A stretch of DNA of 64,000 bases from Octopus sinensis (taxonomy: Eukaryota), in contig NC_043013.1 of NCBI RefSeq assembly GCF_006345805.1, forward strand, positions 4,960,001 to 5,024,000. The letters are read 5' to 3'. The notes under the pieces are model-generated. The model was not told the origin of the DNA, made no database searches, and saw nothing but the letters and a program-made list of their open reading frames with translations. Shown one piece after another: positions 1-12,712 of this stretch. The translations under genes were made by a program, and so were the position numbers. Within the stretch, counting starts at the first letter, position 1; each line of letters starts with the position of its first letter.

Positions 1-214
1 AAACCGTTTTACTACACTTTGACAATTTTCGGATATCTTGGCATCTGAAGCAATTGGAGATACGATAGTTTGACCGAAAAGAACCAGCTATTGCAAGTAA
101 AAATAGAGATTGAAAAGAACGCATTCGGCCATATTTGAACATACGACAGTTTAACATAATAGCAACGATACACACATTCACATGCGTACATATATAGACA
201 CATGCATACACATA

Positions 215-267
<53 letters not shown>

Positions 268-329
268 ATCGCTCGCTCGCTCCTCCTCTCTCTCTCTATC
301 GCTCGCTCCTCCCTCCCTCTATGCATCTA

Positions 330-2245
330 TCTCCTCGGTCTAGCAACTCGCCTGGTCCAATGCAACCCTTTCACGCCAAATGTCCCAATTGTCCATAGCA
401 GTCTTCGTATCCTCAACCTGATAACCAGTGTCCCACACAAGTTGACCCATACCTTTTTTCTACTTGGTCTGCCAATATCCATATTTCAAAGCCTGACTTT
501 CCAGAGAGGGAGATCTCTAGACATTTCCAGGGAGATCTCTAGACATTTTCAGGGAGATCTCTAGAAATTTTCAGGGAGATCTCTAGACATTTTCAAGGAG
601 ATCTCTAGAAATTTCCAAGGAGATCTCTAGACATTTTCAGGGAGATCTCTAGACTTTTCCAAGGAGATCTCTAATCATTTCCAGGAAGATCTCTAGTCAT
701 TTCCAGGGAGATCTCTAGACATTTTCAGGGAGATCTCTAGAAATTTTCAGGGAGATCTCTAGACATTTTCAAGGAGATCTCTAGAAATTTCCAAGGAGAT
801 CTCTAGACATTTTCAGGGAGATCTCTAGACTTTTCCAAGGAGATCTCTAATCATTTCCAGGAAGATCTCTAGTCATTTCCAGGGAGATCTCTAGACATTT
901 TCAGGGAGATCTCTAGACATTTCCAGGGAGATCTCTAGACATTTCCAGGGAGATCTCTAGACACTTCCAGGGAGATCTCTAGACATTTCCAGGGAGATCT
1001 CTAGACATTTCCAGGGAGATCTCTAGACACTTCCAGGGAGATCTCTAGACACTTCCAAGGCGATCTCTAGACATTTTCAGGGAGATCTCTAGACATTTTC
1101 AGGGAGATCTCTAGACATTTTCAGGGAGATCTCTAGACATTTTCAGGGAGATCTCTAGACATTTCCAGGGAGATCTCTAGACACTTCCAGGGAGATCTCT
1201 AGACATTTCCAGGGAGATCTCTAGACACTTCCAGGGAGATCTCTAGACACTTCCAAGGCGATCTCTAGACATTTTCAGGGAGATCTCTAGACATTTTCAG
1301 GGAGATCTCTAGACATTTTCAGGGAGATCTCTAGACATTTTCAGGGAGATCTCTAGACATTTCCAGGGAGATCTCTAGACACTTCCAGGGAGATCTCTAG
1401 ACATTTCCAGGGAGATCTCTAGACATTTCCAGGGAGATCTCTAGACACTTCCAGGGAGATCTCTAGACACTTCCAAGGCGATCTCTAGACATTTTCAGGG
1501 AGATCTCTAGACATTTTCAGGGAGATCTCTAGACATTTTCAGGGAGATCTCTAGACATTTTCAGGGAGATCTCTAGACATTTCCAGGGAGATCTCTAGAC
1601 ACTTCCAGGGAGATCTCTAGACATTTCCAGGGAGATCTCTAGACATTTCCAGGGAGATCTCTAGACACTTCCAGGGAGATCTCTAGACACTTCCAAGGCG
1701 ATCTCTAGACATTTTCAGGGAGATCTCTAGACATTTCAGGGAGATCTCTAGACATTCAGGGAGATCTCTAGACATTTCCAGGGAGATCTCTAGACATTCC
1801 AGGGAGATCTCTAGACACTTCCAGGGAGATCTCTAGACATTTCCAGGGAGATCTCTAGACATTTCCAGGGAGATCTCTAGACACTTCCAGGGAGATCTCT
1901 AGACACTTCCAGGGAGATCTCTAGACACTTCCAAGGCGATCTCTAGACATTTTCAGGGAGATCTCTAGACATTTTCAGGGAGATCTCTAGACATTTCCAG
2001 AGAGATCTCTAGACATTTCCAGGGAGATCTCCTGCCATTTCCTCCTAGAGATCGTCCTGCATCATGTGTCTTCCTTTCTCTGGTTATTGAGCAGATGGTA
2101 GCAAGACCGCTATACTGTCACCGTCTGTAGGAAGTTGCTGCCAAGAAATATTGAAAATTGCGCGAAGCCTTCTCGTGCATGTGCCGTCAAGCTTCTTTTC
2201 TGGTCTCCCTTCGGGTGTCCATACTGACACGACCATCTTAGCAGC
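330..2245 (-). mobile_element. Decayed RTE-like LINE, RT C-terminal region, split by a 22-bp minisatellite
   Basis: Minus-strand translation right of the array gives EKKLDGTCTRRLRAIFNISWQQLPT. Left of the array it gives RDLPLWK...IGRP...QLVWDTGYQVEDTKTAMDNWDIWRERV. Both resemble the end of RTE-type ORF2; stops and frameshifts are present. Confidence 0.7.
508..2030. repeat. 22-bp minisatellite (GGAGATCTCTAGACATTTCCAG), about 69 copies, with higher-order structure
   Basis: AGATCT recurs at 511, 533 and onward. Variant units recur at spacings of 176, 198 and 220 bp. Confidence 0.97.
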
Positions 2246-2296
2246 GTTTTAAGCTCCTGAACAAATCATTGCACTGGACCCAAGAGTGTTTAGTTG

Positions 2297-2553
2297 TGGA
2301 GGCGCCTGGCTTAGTGGTTAAGGTGTTGGACCATGATCGTAAGACTGTGGTTTCGGTTCCCGGACCGGGCGACGCGTTGTGTTCTTGAGCGAAACACTTC
2401 ATTTCCACGTTGCTCCAATCAATTCAGCTGAGGATATTGAGTAATCCTGCGACGGACCGGCATCCTGTCCAGGTGGTGAAATTATGCACTATGGAAACTA
2501 GGAAAGTGACCCTTGTGAGTCAGCATGACTTACTTGAGGAAGTAACCTTTTTT
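2297..2553 (+). mobile_element. tRNA-derived SINE (group C; head 2 + tail Y)
   Basis: A-box TGGCTTAGTGG and B-box-like GTTTCGGTTCC. The tail is shared with the element at 20193-20494. Confidence 0.75.
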
Positions 2554-2559
2554 CCAGCA

Positions 2560-2670
2560 CAGTAATCCTTCGCTATATCGCGGTTCACTTATCGCGGTTT
2601 GTTATTTAAGCTTACATCAATTCCTCCGTAGTATTGTTTTGCATTTATAATAAAATAAATATATAATAAA

Positions 2671-2725
<55 letters not shown>

Positions 2726-2900
2726 GTAGTAATAATAATATAATAATAACAATAATAACAATAATAATAATAATAATAATAATAGTAATACTACTACTAC
2801 TACTACTACTACTACTAATAATAATAATAATAGTAGTAGTAGTAGTAATAATAATAATAATAACAATAATAATAATAATAATAATACTATAATAATAATA

Positions 2901-2938
<38 letters not shown>

Positions 2939-2944
2939 GTAATG

Positions 2945-2995
<51 letters not shown>

Positions 2996-3083
2996 TATAG
3001 TACAGCACTGTTTCTGCTTCGCGGATTTTTACCTATCACGGAATGGTTTGAAACGTAACACCCGCGATAGTCGAGGGATTAGT
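2560..3083. mobile_element. Tc1/mariner (pogo/Tigger-like) MITE with an internal (AAT)n expansion
   Basis: TIRs CAGTAATCCTTCGCTATATCGCGG / CCGCGATAGTCGAGGGATTAGTG. A compact homologue lies at 54499-54704. Confidence 0.75.
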
Positions 3084-3256
3084 GTATTGACAGCAAGCCA
3101 CTGCATACATAGATCAGTACTGGGCCCCTAGACTCGTGAGGTTCGTGGGCAACAGCTCGGTGACAACCATTGCGTTCACCTCCACCATCAACATATGCTT
3201 CTGGCAATAATACAATCAATCTGGTTGCAATAGTTTTTTGTAATAAAAAAATAATG

Positions 3257-3540
3257 CAGTTCTATATTGACAGGTCACACGCTTGTATCTATATGGTGTA
3301 GTGGTTAAGAGCGCGGGCTACAAACCCCAAGATTCCGAGTTCGATTCCAAGCAGTGACCTGAATAATAATAATAATAATAATAACAACCACAACAACATC
3401 GAAAAATACTTTAGGAATGAGAACCCAGGTTCGAAATTTCCCCAAGACACCTGATGAAGACTGAAGGGTCTATCAGCCGAAACGTGTTGACAACAAACAA
3501 GATGAGGAGAAATATCCGTCAAATGTAAATAATGTAAATA
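3257..3540 (+). mobile_element. tRNA-like head + (AAT)n + hammerhead-like motif element
   Basis: A-box TGGTGTAGTGG, B-box GAGTTCGATTCC, then ACAC-CTGATGA-A-GACTGA..TCAGCC-GAAAC-GTGT at 3447-3487. Confidence 0.65.
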
Positions 3541-3599
3541 AAAAAATAGTTTTATTCAATGGAATCCTTTAAACATAGACAATGTACCCGAGCAAGTGC

Positions 3600-3965
3600 G
3601 AAAGAAGATAGATGCCTGTGGGATGTGGCTCTTTCGTAGATTGGGCAGAATAAGCTGGAAAGACAAAGTAACAAGTGCTGCAGAACCAGAAAAGCTGAAA
3701 GTCCAAAGATGAAAAGTTCACAAAATTAGTATATTTTAGATGTACAATGTGCCACGACTTCATTGCCTAAGACCACCATGACAGAACATGTGGAGAGGAA
3801 GAGAGCAAGGGATCATGAAAGACGATTGGGAACAGACGATATCTAAGAATCGTCTGGAAACAAGAGCCTGGCTGATTGTATGCATGTAGCACAGGACAGA
3901 GGGAACTGGAGGGTCTTGACAATCTGGTCCCTGTACACAGGGAAGACATGTCTGATGGCTGATGA
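3600..3965 (+). mobile_element. RTE-like LINE 3' fragment
   Basis: Frameshifted translation KTTMTEHVERKRAR...TDDI*ESSGNKSLADCMHVAQDRGNWRVLT resembles an RTE ORF2 C-terminus. It is followed by a TGA-repeat tail. Confidence 0.6.
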
Positions 3966-4516
3966 TTTGGCGGAGTTTCAGATCAGGAGGCCCACATAAG
4001 TTGAATTTTCTTCGTTTTGACGGGAACTTTTCCAAATTTTATTCATCAGAGCCTTGGTGGGAGTGGGGGAGGTGTCAGCTTTTTTATAAAAAAATTTTTT
4101 GAAAATCCCCGTCAAAATGGAATAACTGCAACTTATATCGTTGTCCTGGTCCGAAACTCCGTCGATGGTTTTTACATGATACTTTATTTCTGGTGTGTAA
4201 AATACTCAATCACAAAATAAGAGATTTAAAAAGGAAAAACAGAGAAAAAAAACTGAGAAGTATTCATGGAAGGTTCTCGGAAACTCGGAATCTTTCATTT
4301 TAATTTCTCGGACTCGCAGTAATTAAAAGTTCCAGAAAACTGAGAAGTCATAATCTATATATAGATACAAACATGTGACGTGTCAATATATACACACATG
4401 CATACATATGTAATACATATATGCACATATATATGTACATGCGTATTATAAATATAAATATATCTATGTATATGTATGTATGTATATATGTATGTATGTA
4501 CACTCTACTTTCCTTC

Positions 4517-4584
4517 TGAAGTGATTTATCCGGAATTAGTCAAGAGTAATAGATTGTGGAATATCAAAGTCCATTTATCACCCA

Positions 4585-4618
<34 letters not shown>

Positions 4619-4725
4619 TATATATATTATATATATATATATATGCGAGTGTTCTGAAACTTTTAAAAAATGAAACCAAAATTTATGGTGCACATACACG
4701 CATGCACACGCACACATACACACGC

Positions 4726-4766
<41 letters not shown>

Positions 4767-4787
4767 CATACACACGCACACATACAC

Positions 4788-4832
<45 letters not shown>

Positions 4833-4926
4833 TACAAAGAAAGTTCACAAACAAAGCATTAATAGGCAGATGGACTTTGACACAGAACAATTTAGTATTC
4901 TTACTAATTCCGGATAAACCACTTCA
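4517..4926. mobile_element. MITE with about 65-bp imperfect TIRs, interior filled by (TA)n/(CA)n
   Basis: TGAAGTGATTTATCCGGAATTAGT... is inverted as ...ACTAATTCCGGATAAACCACTTCA. Confidence 0.7.
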
Positions 4927-5106
4927 TAAGTACTCCAAACACACACACTTATATTATATTATGAAGATCCCTTATCAGATTAGTTTTATTGCTAAAAATA
5001 GCTCACAGGTCCCAATTGCTGCCTCTTTTATGGTTAGCCACAGGAATTCTGACGACGAAGTTTAGTAAATTACAGACTTATTGCTTCGGCATAAACCAAC
5101 CAAGCA

Positions 5107-5172
5107 ATATCTATCTGTCTGCCTGTGTGTCTGTTTCTGTGTGTGTGTGTGTCTGTCTGTATGTCTGTCTAC

Positions 5173-5229
<57 letters not shown>

Positions 5230-5374
5230 CATCCATCCATCCATCCATCCATCATCTATCTATCTATCTATCTATCTATCCATCCATCCATCCATCCATC
5301 ATCTATCTATCTATCTATCTATCATCTATCTATCTATCTATCTATCTATCCATCCATCCATCCATCCATCCATC

Positions 5375-5405
<31 letters not shown>

Positions 5406-5421
5406 CATCCATCCATCCATC

Positions 5422-5452
<31 letters not shown>

Positions 5453-5465
5453 CATCTATCCATCC

Positions 5466-5496
<31 letters not shown>

Positions 5497-5557
5497 CATC
5501 CATCCATCCATCATCTATCTATCTATCTATCTATCCATCCATCCATCCATCCATCTC

Positions 5558-5619
<62 letters not shown>

Positions 5620-5753
5620 AATCAATGTATCGATCAATCAGTCAATCTATTTATCAATGAATCAGTTTCTCTTCTCTATAATGCAACCAATCAATCAATC
5701 TGTCACTCAGTCGGTCAGTCTGTCCGTACGTCCGTCCGTCAATCCATCCATCC

Positions 5754-5828
<75 letters not shown>

Positions 5829-5848
5829 AATCTATCCATCTATCTATA
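5107..5848. repeat. Compound (TATC)n/(TCCA)n tetranucleotide microsatellite
   Basis: Seen directly; it is the source of the spurious YLSI ORFs. Confidence 0.95.
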
Positions 5849-6129
5849 TTCTTTATTGAAATAACTCTAGGCGCAGACATAAACCACAGCTAGTAATTAT
5901 TGGATATAAAAAAAAGCCAATGACTGCCCATGGGAGTCGAACACCCATCTCCTTTGACAAGTTTGAAATGTGTCAACGAAAGAAACTCTCGACCCTTGAG
6001 TCACACTGTAACATCTGCCGATTATTTATAGAAAGTAAAATATATACACTTATGCTTTAAATTGTATTTTCCTGTTTGCATCACCAAACCTGTACGTATA
6101 TGTGTATCTGTATGTATATATATATATAT

Positions 6130-7115
6130 ACCAGGTTGAGTAAAAAGTAAGCTACGTTTTAAATCACAAAGAAATTGTACCGAATTTTTGCATAGTTTTG
6201 AATTTTTTTGATACATTTTTTTGCAATTGCCTGATAATGCAGACGTAGACTTTCTCAAATGCATCAATAAATTAACATTGGTGTTTTTTTCACCGTAGTT
6301 ACAGGACGTAAAGCAGCTGAAACTGCTCGCGATATCCACAAAACGTTTGGTGAGGAAATGACCAGTGAGTAGTCAGCTCGAAAATAGTTTAAACGATTTC
6401 GCAGTGGAGACCTCAGCCTTGAAGATCGTGAGCACCCATCTGTCATCGATGATGGTCAATCAAGGACCGCCATTGAGAAAGATCCACGTAAAAACCACTC
6501 GAGAAGTGGAAAAAGAACTTCAAGTAAGCCAGAAAACTGCCTGCAATCATTTGTATGCGAACGGAAAATCAAAAAAAGATCGTCAGATCTGTACCACACG
6601 ATTTGAATGAAAATTAGGGAACACACAGATATGAAATTTGCTCGTCGCTTCTTCTCCGTAACCAGACCGATCCATTTCTCGACCGTATTGTAAACTTGCG
6701 ATAAAAAGTGGATTCCGTACAATAATAAGAACATTCTTCGCAGTGGTTGGACCAAAATGATGCATCTAAAACCCTCCCTAAACCCAAGCTAACTGTTTGG
6801 TGGTGTACCACTGGACTAATCCACTATAACTTCTTAAAACCCAGCAAAACCTTTACTCCAGAAACAAACTACCATAAAACTGCTACTCCTCCGTCCCAGA
6901 CTGGTCAACAGAAGAGAGCCAATCATTCTTAATGACTATGCTCCACCACACTTTTAACTAATGACGCTACGAAGTTCTTCCCCACCCAGCTTATTTCCAG
7001 CTCCAACCGACGACCACTTTTTCAAGCACTTTGACGGTTTCCTGCGAGAGAAGGAGTTCAAAAATCAAACCGATGCTGAAAGTGCGTTCAAAGAGTTCAC
7101 CAGCTCCAGAACTCC
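6130..7115 (+). pseudogene. Decayed mariner transposon (transposase pseudogene), 3' end cut by a SINE
   Basis: TA followed by a TIR-like CCAGGTTGAGTAAAAAGTAA. Motifs AAETARDI, FRSGDLSLEDRE, IVTCDKKW (TCDEKW), VWWCTTGLIHYNFL and PTDDHFFKHFD, with frameshifts. Confidence 0.88.
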
Positions 7116-7398
7116 GGGACTTATTCTTTGTAAGCCTAGTACTTATTGTATCGATCACGTTTGCCGAACCGCTAAGTTACGTGGACGTAACACACCACCA
7201 TTGGTTGTCAAGTGATGGTGAGGGGACAAACACACACACACACACACACACACGACGGGCTTCTTTCAATTTCCGTCTGCTAAATCCACTCACAAGGCTA
7301 TAGTAGAAGATACTTGCCTAAGGTGCCACGCAGTGGGACTGAACCCGAAACCATGTGGTTGGTAAGTAAGCTACTTACCACACAACAACGCCTGTGCC
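7114..7398 (-). mobile_element. SINE group B (tRNA head, internal microsatellite)
   Basis: Matches the near-complete copy at 52107-52500. Confidence 0.85.
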
Positions 7399-7813
7399 CC
7401 CCCCCTCCCACATATATATATATATATATATATGATGAATCTAAATTTGAATTCCTTTATAACTATCTACATTACGTATGTGTGGGGGAGTATGTGCATG
7501 CGTAATAAAGAAAGTGTCATGGCGCACAACACGTTATCAATATGTTTAGGCGGCAGTAGTCAGTCCTACCTTAAACTCCTGTATCTTACAACAATGTAAC
7601 ACTTTTTGGTCACATCATAGGATAGGCTAAAAGGCAGGGAGTACGGCATGGGCGATAAAGATGAAGTCAAAAAGCAGTTTTGGTATTTTGTTGACTTCGT
7701 ATATTTAGATGTACAAGTGTTTCAATCAGTTAATCTGTTATCTCTTGAGTACATCGGCAAAAAGATTTTTGCAGATACGTTGAAGAGATAACGGATTAAC
7801 GCATTGAAACACG

Positions 7814-7845
<32 letters not shown>

Positions 7846-7909
7846 TGTATGTATGTATGTATGTGTGTGTCTGTGGGGGTATATATATATGTGTGAATAT
7901 AAATATATA

Positions 7910-9008
7910 TACACAGACGTGACAGAAGTAAATAGACCCCCTTCCCCTATAAAACATTGTTTAACCTGAGAAGGCTTATATTTCTTATTAATTAACACTT
8001 TTATGTTTCAGGTTCTATATGTGACTGTTTAATAATGCCATGCACAGAAGAAGCGTTGAAACTGTCCGAATTTCAGAGGCCACATCGTGTGGCAATCTGC
8101 AGGTGGACATAAAATCGCAGAAAACTTTAGGATCTTGCTTTCTAAGGTTAATAGAGTGATTGCACAATTCACCAAAGAAGGGAAGGAGCCCACATCGCTT
8201 CGCTCAGGTCGACCAGGGCCCTCTGGCAGGAGCCTTCACTTTGTTAAGAGAATCCCCGCTGCAAGGCTTCTGACATAACAGAACAAGTTGGTGTCTGTCT
8301 CAGAACAGCTGTCGGGTATCTCACACTTCTTCGACCAGCCAATATCAAGCAGAGAAAAAAATTGGGTCAGTGAGATGGTGGAGAGAACACTAGCACTGTC
8401 ATATTCTCTGATGAGTCCAGTGGTCGAGTGTGGGTCTGGAGACTCTGTAATCAAGAATTTGATGTGAAAAGATTGCAGCCGACAATGAAACACGGCAGCT
8501 ATCCTGTGCTGGTTTGGTGAGCAATGATTGATCAGAGCTGGTGGAGTGTAAGGAAATATGTGTCCATATTGCAGAAAGGACTCCTAACCTTCTCTAGTGG
8601 TGAAAGGATTAAAGAAGACTCTTTATTTAGGGAAGATAGGGTTCCTTGTCATACGGTTAAAAAGACCCAAGATTGGTGGGAAGAGAATGGCATTAAAAAG
8701 TTTCCAAGACCAAGCCAGTTACCAGGTAGGAACCCTGTTGAAGACCACTGGGGCATAATGAACAGGCGACTTCGTAGAAAGAGAAAGAAAGAATCCTCAA
8801 AGCCAGATCTTTCGAAATTACTGCATGAAACTTTGCAAGAAATTCGCCAAGAGAATATTCGTCACCTGACCAGTAGTATGCCTAATAGGGTCCTAGCACT
8901 GCAAAATGCAAAGGGCACGTCTACTAAATATTAGATATTCACATTATAATGATCAGTAAATAATTTGAATGTATAATTTCAATTTTCCAATTTATTTCTC
9001 CCATGTAT
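7910..9008 (+). pseudogene. Decayed Tc1-like transposon
   Basis: Motifs SDES, PTMKHGSYPVLVW, FREDRVPCHT and PSQLPGRNPVEDHW (SPDLNPIE-like), and a C-terminus SMPNRVLALQNAKGTSTKY. The ends are partially inverted. Confidence 0.85.
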
Positions 9009-9028
9009 ATATATAATATATATATATA

Positions 9029-9452
9029 CTAGCAGTATAACCCGGCGTAGCTCGGGTTTGTTTCTTAGTTGCGCTTAAAACGGCAGACTTTGATATAGTT
9101 TCAATCCTTTTTGAAAAGTAAAAATTTTGCATTATGTAGCTTGTTATTCTCTTTAAATGAACATTTTTCTGGTTGAAATACACCGAAAAATGGCGACACA
9201 GCGGCCAAAATGTCGTAAAAAAATAGGGATTTTCATAGAAAAAAAAAGCACCTTTTTTATGTAAATAATTTTTGGTTTTAACACGGTCCAATTTGAATTT
9301 TTTCTTCTACGGAATGAAGAGCAAGCCTTGTGCTATCATACTCACAATTTTGGTCAACTTGCGCTGCTGGGTCTCGGAGGAGATAGTGTTAGTTGAAGGC
9401 TACCAAACCTGCCACACACACACACAGACAACTTCAGCTTTATATGTATAGA
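9029..9452 (-). mobile_element. Non-autonomous Helitron
   Basis: On the minus strand it starts TC and ends with a CCCGAGCTACGCCGGG hairpin followed by CTAG, then T. Confidence 0.8.
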
Positions 9453-9818
9453 CTAGCAGTATCGCCCGGCGTTGCTCGGGTTTGTAAGGGAAATAACTAT
9501 AAAGCATTTTTAGAGAGTTTTAGCCAAAAAATGGGAAAAAAATGATGGTAAAATTATTTTAGTTAAAAAGGTCGAGTTGCGTCCCCTAGACAGTCTGTGG
9601 TTTGTCTTTCTGATTCTCGACCCCATGTCGAATTTATCGATTTTTTCAGATCTGGGGGAACTTTTCAAAATTTTCGCTGCGTTAGTTTTGAATTATGACA
9701 TTGGGCTTGGGCTATGTGTGTGTCAAGTTTCATCAGAATCGGTTGAAAGCCGTGGTCAGGGTGAGGGTACAACCTGACAGACACACAGAAACACACACAG
9801 ACAAACTGCCGTTTATAT

Positions 9819-9823
<5 letters not shown>
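9453..9823 (-). mobile_element. Second non-autonomous Helitron, head-to-tail with the first
   Basis: 5' TC, 3' CCCGAGCAACGCCGGG hairpin + CTAG joined directly to the TC of the neighbouring element. Confidence 0.8.
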
Positions 9824-9855
<32 letters not shown>

Positions 9856-9884
9856 AAGTCACCTCCTTTTGTCTGTTATATATA

Positions 9885-10205
9885 TACGAGGGTGAGTCAA
9901 AAAGTAATGCCATTTTGTTTAGGACAGGTATAATTACCAACACAGGAACATGTATCATACATCAAAATAAAGCTGGTCCTCTGTGGAACTCATCCCTACT
10001 TTTCAACATAGTTACCGTTTCTCTCAATAGCAATGTTCCACCTTCGAATGAGAGCATGTATCCCTGCCCCGTAAAATTCTGTTGACTGTTCTTTGAACCA
10101 CTTCTTCGCTACAGTTTTCACTTCCTCGTCACAGGAATAATATTCGCCTCTCAAACCCTCTTCCATGGGGCCGAACAGATGATAGGCTGAAGGCGCAAAA
10201 TCTAC
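9885..10205 (-). pseudogene. Mariner 3' fragment with right TIR
   Basis: DFAPSAYHLFGPM...RRWNIAIERNGNYVEK*. The TIR CGAGGGTGAGTCAAAAAGT is preceded by TA. Confidence 0.88.
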
Positions 10206-10234
10206 ATACATACACACACACATATACATATATA

Positions 10235-10385
10235 CGACGGGCTTCTTTCAGTTTCTGTCTACCAAATCCAGTTAAAAGGCTTTATATAGTAAAAAGCACA
10301 TGCCTAAAGTGCCACGCAGTGGAATTGAACTCGGTATCATATGGTTAGTAAGCATGCTACTTACCACACAACCACACCTGCGCCT
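10235..10385 (-). mobile_element. SINE group B 5' part
   Basis: Homologous to the group B head. Confidence 0.8.
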
Positions 10386-10410
10386 GAGAGAGAGAGAGAG
10401 AGAGAGAGAG

Positions 10411-11065
<655 letters not shown>

Positions 11066-11244
11066 TAACGTGATTTCACTTGATGAATGGTACAAAAAGG
11101 AGAAAAAAAAACCAAGAAAGGAGAAAAAGGTAGAAATAGCTTAGAAAACAATTAGAAAATAGATTCATTAAACCGTGAGACTATTTACTGCAACGTATTA
11201 AATATAAAAGATGCTTAATTGAAAACTAATTAACAACAACAACG

Positions 11245-11294
<50 letters not shown>

Positions 11295-11529
11295 CGGCGG
11301 GAAATTGCTTTTCCTATTCCACAACGTATCAACAAGATTTGCGTATTTTGTTGTTGTTGTTGTTGTTGATCTTGTTTTTGTTTTTGTTGCTTTTGTTGAT
11401 CTTGTTGATTTTGTTTTGTTTTTGTTGATCTTGTTGTTGATCTTGTTGTTGTTCTTTTTGTTGTTTATTTGCAAAAGTCATAATCTTAATGAAGCAAAAA
11501 TTAAAGCAAAACGAAAACGATTATCTTTT

Positions 11530-11917
11530 ATTTGTTCCAGGCATTTAACTGCGGCCATGCTGGGGCACGGCCTTGAAGAACTGTACTCGAATGAATCGAC
11601 AGTGGTTACTTATTTCTTAGTTTAAGCCTGGTAACTGTTCTATCATTCTGTTTTGCCCAACCGCTAGGTTACGGAGACGTAAACACACCGACACCGGTTG
11701 TCAAGCGATGGTGAGGGACAAACACAGCAAACATAGACACAAAAGGCACACACACATATATACACACGCATATACGATGGGCTTCTTTCAGTTTCTGTCA
11801 TAAGGCTTTGATCGGCACAAAGCTATGGTAGAAGACACTTGCCCAAGGTGCCACGCAGTAAGACTGAACCCGGAACCATGTGGTTGGGAAGCAAGTGTCT
11901 TACCGCACAGTCACACC
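11530..11917 (-). mobile_element. SINE group B
   Basis: Homology to the other group B copies. Confidence 0.85.
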
Positions 11918-12287
11918 TTTCTTACAAAAAATATTTAATTGAAGAGTAATTACTAACGATATTGTATTAAAAAAACCGTTGGGGAAATTATTTTTCTCTC
12001 TTACACAATATATCAACAAGATTTGCTTCTTTTTTGGTGGGGGGGGGGGATTTTCTCGTGAAAGTCACGATCTTAATTGAAGCAGAAATTAAAAAAAAAA
12101 TTAATGGAAGAGAATTTTTCTGGTTTTTTTTTCTATTTTTTTTTTCCTCTGGAAGTTGAAATTTCTCATTCGTTCGTGGTTTTATCATTTGTGTGTTAAT
12201 TTATCTAGAAAATTCTTTGATTATCCATTAAACGCTTACATCACTATTCAGGTTGATTTGCTGAGTCACGTGAGTGACACAGATCGG

Positions 12288-12672
12288 GCGGCACTCCGTT
12301 GGTTGCGACGACGAGGGTTCCAGTTGATCCGAATCAACGGAAACAGCCTGCTCGTGAAATTAACGTGTAACTGGCTGAGCAGTCCACAGACACGTGTACC
12401 CTTAACGTAGTTCTCGGGAAGATTCAGCGTGACACAGAGAGTGACAAGGCCGGCCCCTTGAAATACAGGTACAACAGAAACAGGAAGTAAGAGTGAGAGA
12501 AAGTTGTGGTGAAAGAGAACGACAGGGTTCGCCAACATCCCCTGCAGGAGCCTCGTGGAGCTTTGGGTGTTTTTTGCTCAATAAACACTCACAACGCCCG
12601 GTCTGGAAATCGAAATCGCGATCCTATGACCGCGAGTCCTCTGTCCTAACCACTGGGCCATTGCGCCGCCAC
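12288..12672 (-). mobile_element. tRNA-derived SINE group C (head 1 + tail X)
   Basis: Reverse complement of the copy at 36939-37320. Confidence 0.88.
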
Positions 12673-12712
12673 AACATAGATCTAGTCAACAGCTTAACGG
12701 TGAAGAAATTGA

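Noticed and set aside
508-2030. CRISPR-like palindromic repeat array
   Set aside because: The units are contiguous with no unique spacers, no cas genes are present, and the context is eukaryotic.
4989-5893. Long ORFs of 223-270 aa
   Set aside because: They are translations of (TATC)n/(TCCA)n; the same applies to the poly-YI, CV, HT, LS, poly-G/V/P and poly-I ORFs across the window.
8524-8934. Functional transposase ORF
   Set aside because: Only the C-terminal part is open; the catalytic motifs are mutated and the upstream frame is broken.
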